From Heterodontus francisci (Eukaryota): a stretch of DNA of 64,000 bases. The stretch spans positions 27,736,149 to 27,800,148 of the forward strand of contig NC_090404.1 of assembly GCF_036365525.1 (NCBI RefSeq). The letters are read 5' to 3'. Made by a program: the position numbers and the translations under genes. Shown one piece after another: positions 62,461 to 64,000 of the stretch. The stretch's first letter is position 1; every line of letters starts with the position of its first letter. The notes beneath the pieces are model-generated. The model searched no databases. It was not told where the DNA came from and worked only from the letters and a program-made list of their open reading frames with translations.

Positions 62461-63097
62461 CTTCAATATCTGAGGAGTCACGAATGGTGCTGATTTTTAG
62501 ATTTAGATTTAGAGATACAGCACTGAAACAGGCCCTTCGGCCCACTGAGTCTGTGCCGACAATTAACCACCCATTTATACTAATCCTACACTAATCCCAT
62601 ATTCCTACCACATCCCCACCTGTCCCTATATTTCCCTACCACCTACCTATACTAGGGGCAATTTATAATGGCCAATTTACCTATCAACCTGCAAGTCTTT
62701 TTGGCTGTGGGAGGAAACCGGAGCACCCGGAGAAAACCCACGCAGACACAGGGAGAATTTGCAAACTCCACACAGGCAGTACCCAGAATTGAACCCGAGT
62801 CGCTGGAGCTGTGAGGCTGCGGTGCTAACCACTGTGCCGCCCTGAACATTGTGCAATCATCAGCGAACATCCCCACTTCTGACCTTATGATTGAAGGAAG
62901 GTCATTGATGAAGCAGCTGAAGATGGTTGGGCCGAGGACACTACCCTGAGGAACTCCTGCACTGATGTCCTGGAGCTCAGATGATTGACCTCCAACAACC
63001 ACAACCATCTTCCTTTACGCTAGGTATGACTCCAAGTAGCAGACAGTTTTCCCCCCGATTCCCATTGACTTCAGTTTTGCTAGGGCTCCTTGAGGCC
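62461..63097 (-). mobile_element. Fragment of the same LINE family as 54790-57370, split by HE1
   Basis: AGVPQGSVLGPTIFSCFINDL...MFADDCTMF; reverse complement of ~56262-56540. Confidence 0.85.
62493..62841 (-). mobile_element. HE1-type SINE
   Basis: Highly similar to the 43317 copy; host LINE sequence resumes on both sides. Confidence 0.9.
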
Positions 63098-63660
63098 AGA
63101 TTTAAAGGAGAGAGGGACAACACCTGAAGAGAGAACTGTTAACAAGATCCGCTAACATGGGGAAGTTGGCTGGTCAGCAGTTTAGTGGGAATAGGGTCGA
63201 AGGAGCAGGAGATGGGTCTCATGGACAAGATGAGCTCAGAGACAGCATGAGGGAGATAGGAGAGAAACTAGAGAAAGATGTGGGTTCAGGTGACGGGAAG
63301 GGGAGGGGAGGGGAGGGGAGGGGGGGAGCATTAGAGTAAGTTTGGCCCAGTGGGTGAGTGGAAGGAAGGGTTGCAGCAGAGGCCGCTGATTGGATGACCT
63401 CAATCTTAGTGGACAAAGAAATCCATGAGCTCCTCGCACAAGTTGCTGGAGTTGTGGGTGGAAGAGACGGGGCAGAGAGAGGAGGATAAGAACATGGTTT
63501 GCAGCAGAGACGAGAAGCCGAGGGTTATCTTTGCATTCCGGGATGATCTTAGAATAGTGAACAGTTTTAGCAGATGAGAGCAGGACCCAATAGTGTTTTC
63601 AGTGGTCCAGACAACTCTGGCGGTGGATGGATAAACCAGTTGTCGGCCATATCCTTTCAA
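63098..63660 (-). mobile_element. L2-type LINE fragment
   Basis: Reverse complement similar to 54330-54690 (CEELMDFFV). Confidence 0.8.
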
Positions 63661-63859
63661 ATCTGACTTCAGGGAGCAGAGACGGGGGCCGTATCAGATA
63701 AATCATTGTCAGTGTTTGTTTTATCGCACAAAATCTTGAGAATAGCCTGAAGATACTTTATTTGAAGAGTAAAAGTTACAAAACAAAGCAAACTGATTGC
63801 TAAAACATTAAACTCCAGCCCAGTTAGAGGGATTATTGATATCAGCAGAAATAAAACCC

Positions 63860-64000
63860 ATTCCTCTGGATTGGGAAGGGATTTCCTCATTCAGCCACCC
63901 TGCTGAAACAGCGAGTTCACATGTGACGGCAGGGATTGGATTGTGCTGTTAATCACATCCAGAACAGAATCATGTTCATTCTGGCAGTTGGGGTTTGTAT
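63860..64000 (+). pseudogene. Remnant of a ZNF last finger plus conserved 3'UTR
   Basis: GGGAAGGGATTTCCTCATTCAGCCACCCTGCTG...CAGCGAGTTCAC, followed by TGCTGTTAATCACATCCAG...CATGTTCATTCTG. Confidence 0.75.

Overview
Repeat-rich vertebrate DNA, almost certainly from a shark or other elasmobranch (HE1-type and Deu-domain SINEs, CR1/L2/RTE/Penelope retroelements, IgNAR/IgW-type exons). Bases 1-30358 are a strand-asymmetric (CT)n/TGCC polypyrimidine tract with kb-scale higher-order duplications and N-runs, interrupted once by a probable solo LTR (7796-8565). Bases 30.4-64 kb are a C2H2 zinc-finger gene cluster buried in nested retroelements: one intact gene with 12 fingers plus 1 degenerate finger (32596-33717), and four pseudogenes or remnants. 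The main surprise is two intact immunoglobulin heavy-chain constant exons with canonical splice sites (58844-59146, 59222-59539; IgNAR C2/C3-like). No V, D, J, RSS or C1 is recognisable upstream and no intact C4/C5 downstream. I cannot demonstrate a new biological system. The best leads are the orphan Ig exons in a ZNF cluster, the unexplained DNA after them, and a perfect 47-nt inverted copy of the ZNF gene's own 3'UTR element. Family names come from recalled motifs, not database searches, and many repeat boundaries are approximate.
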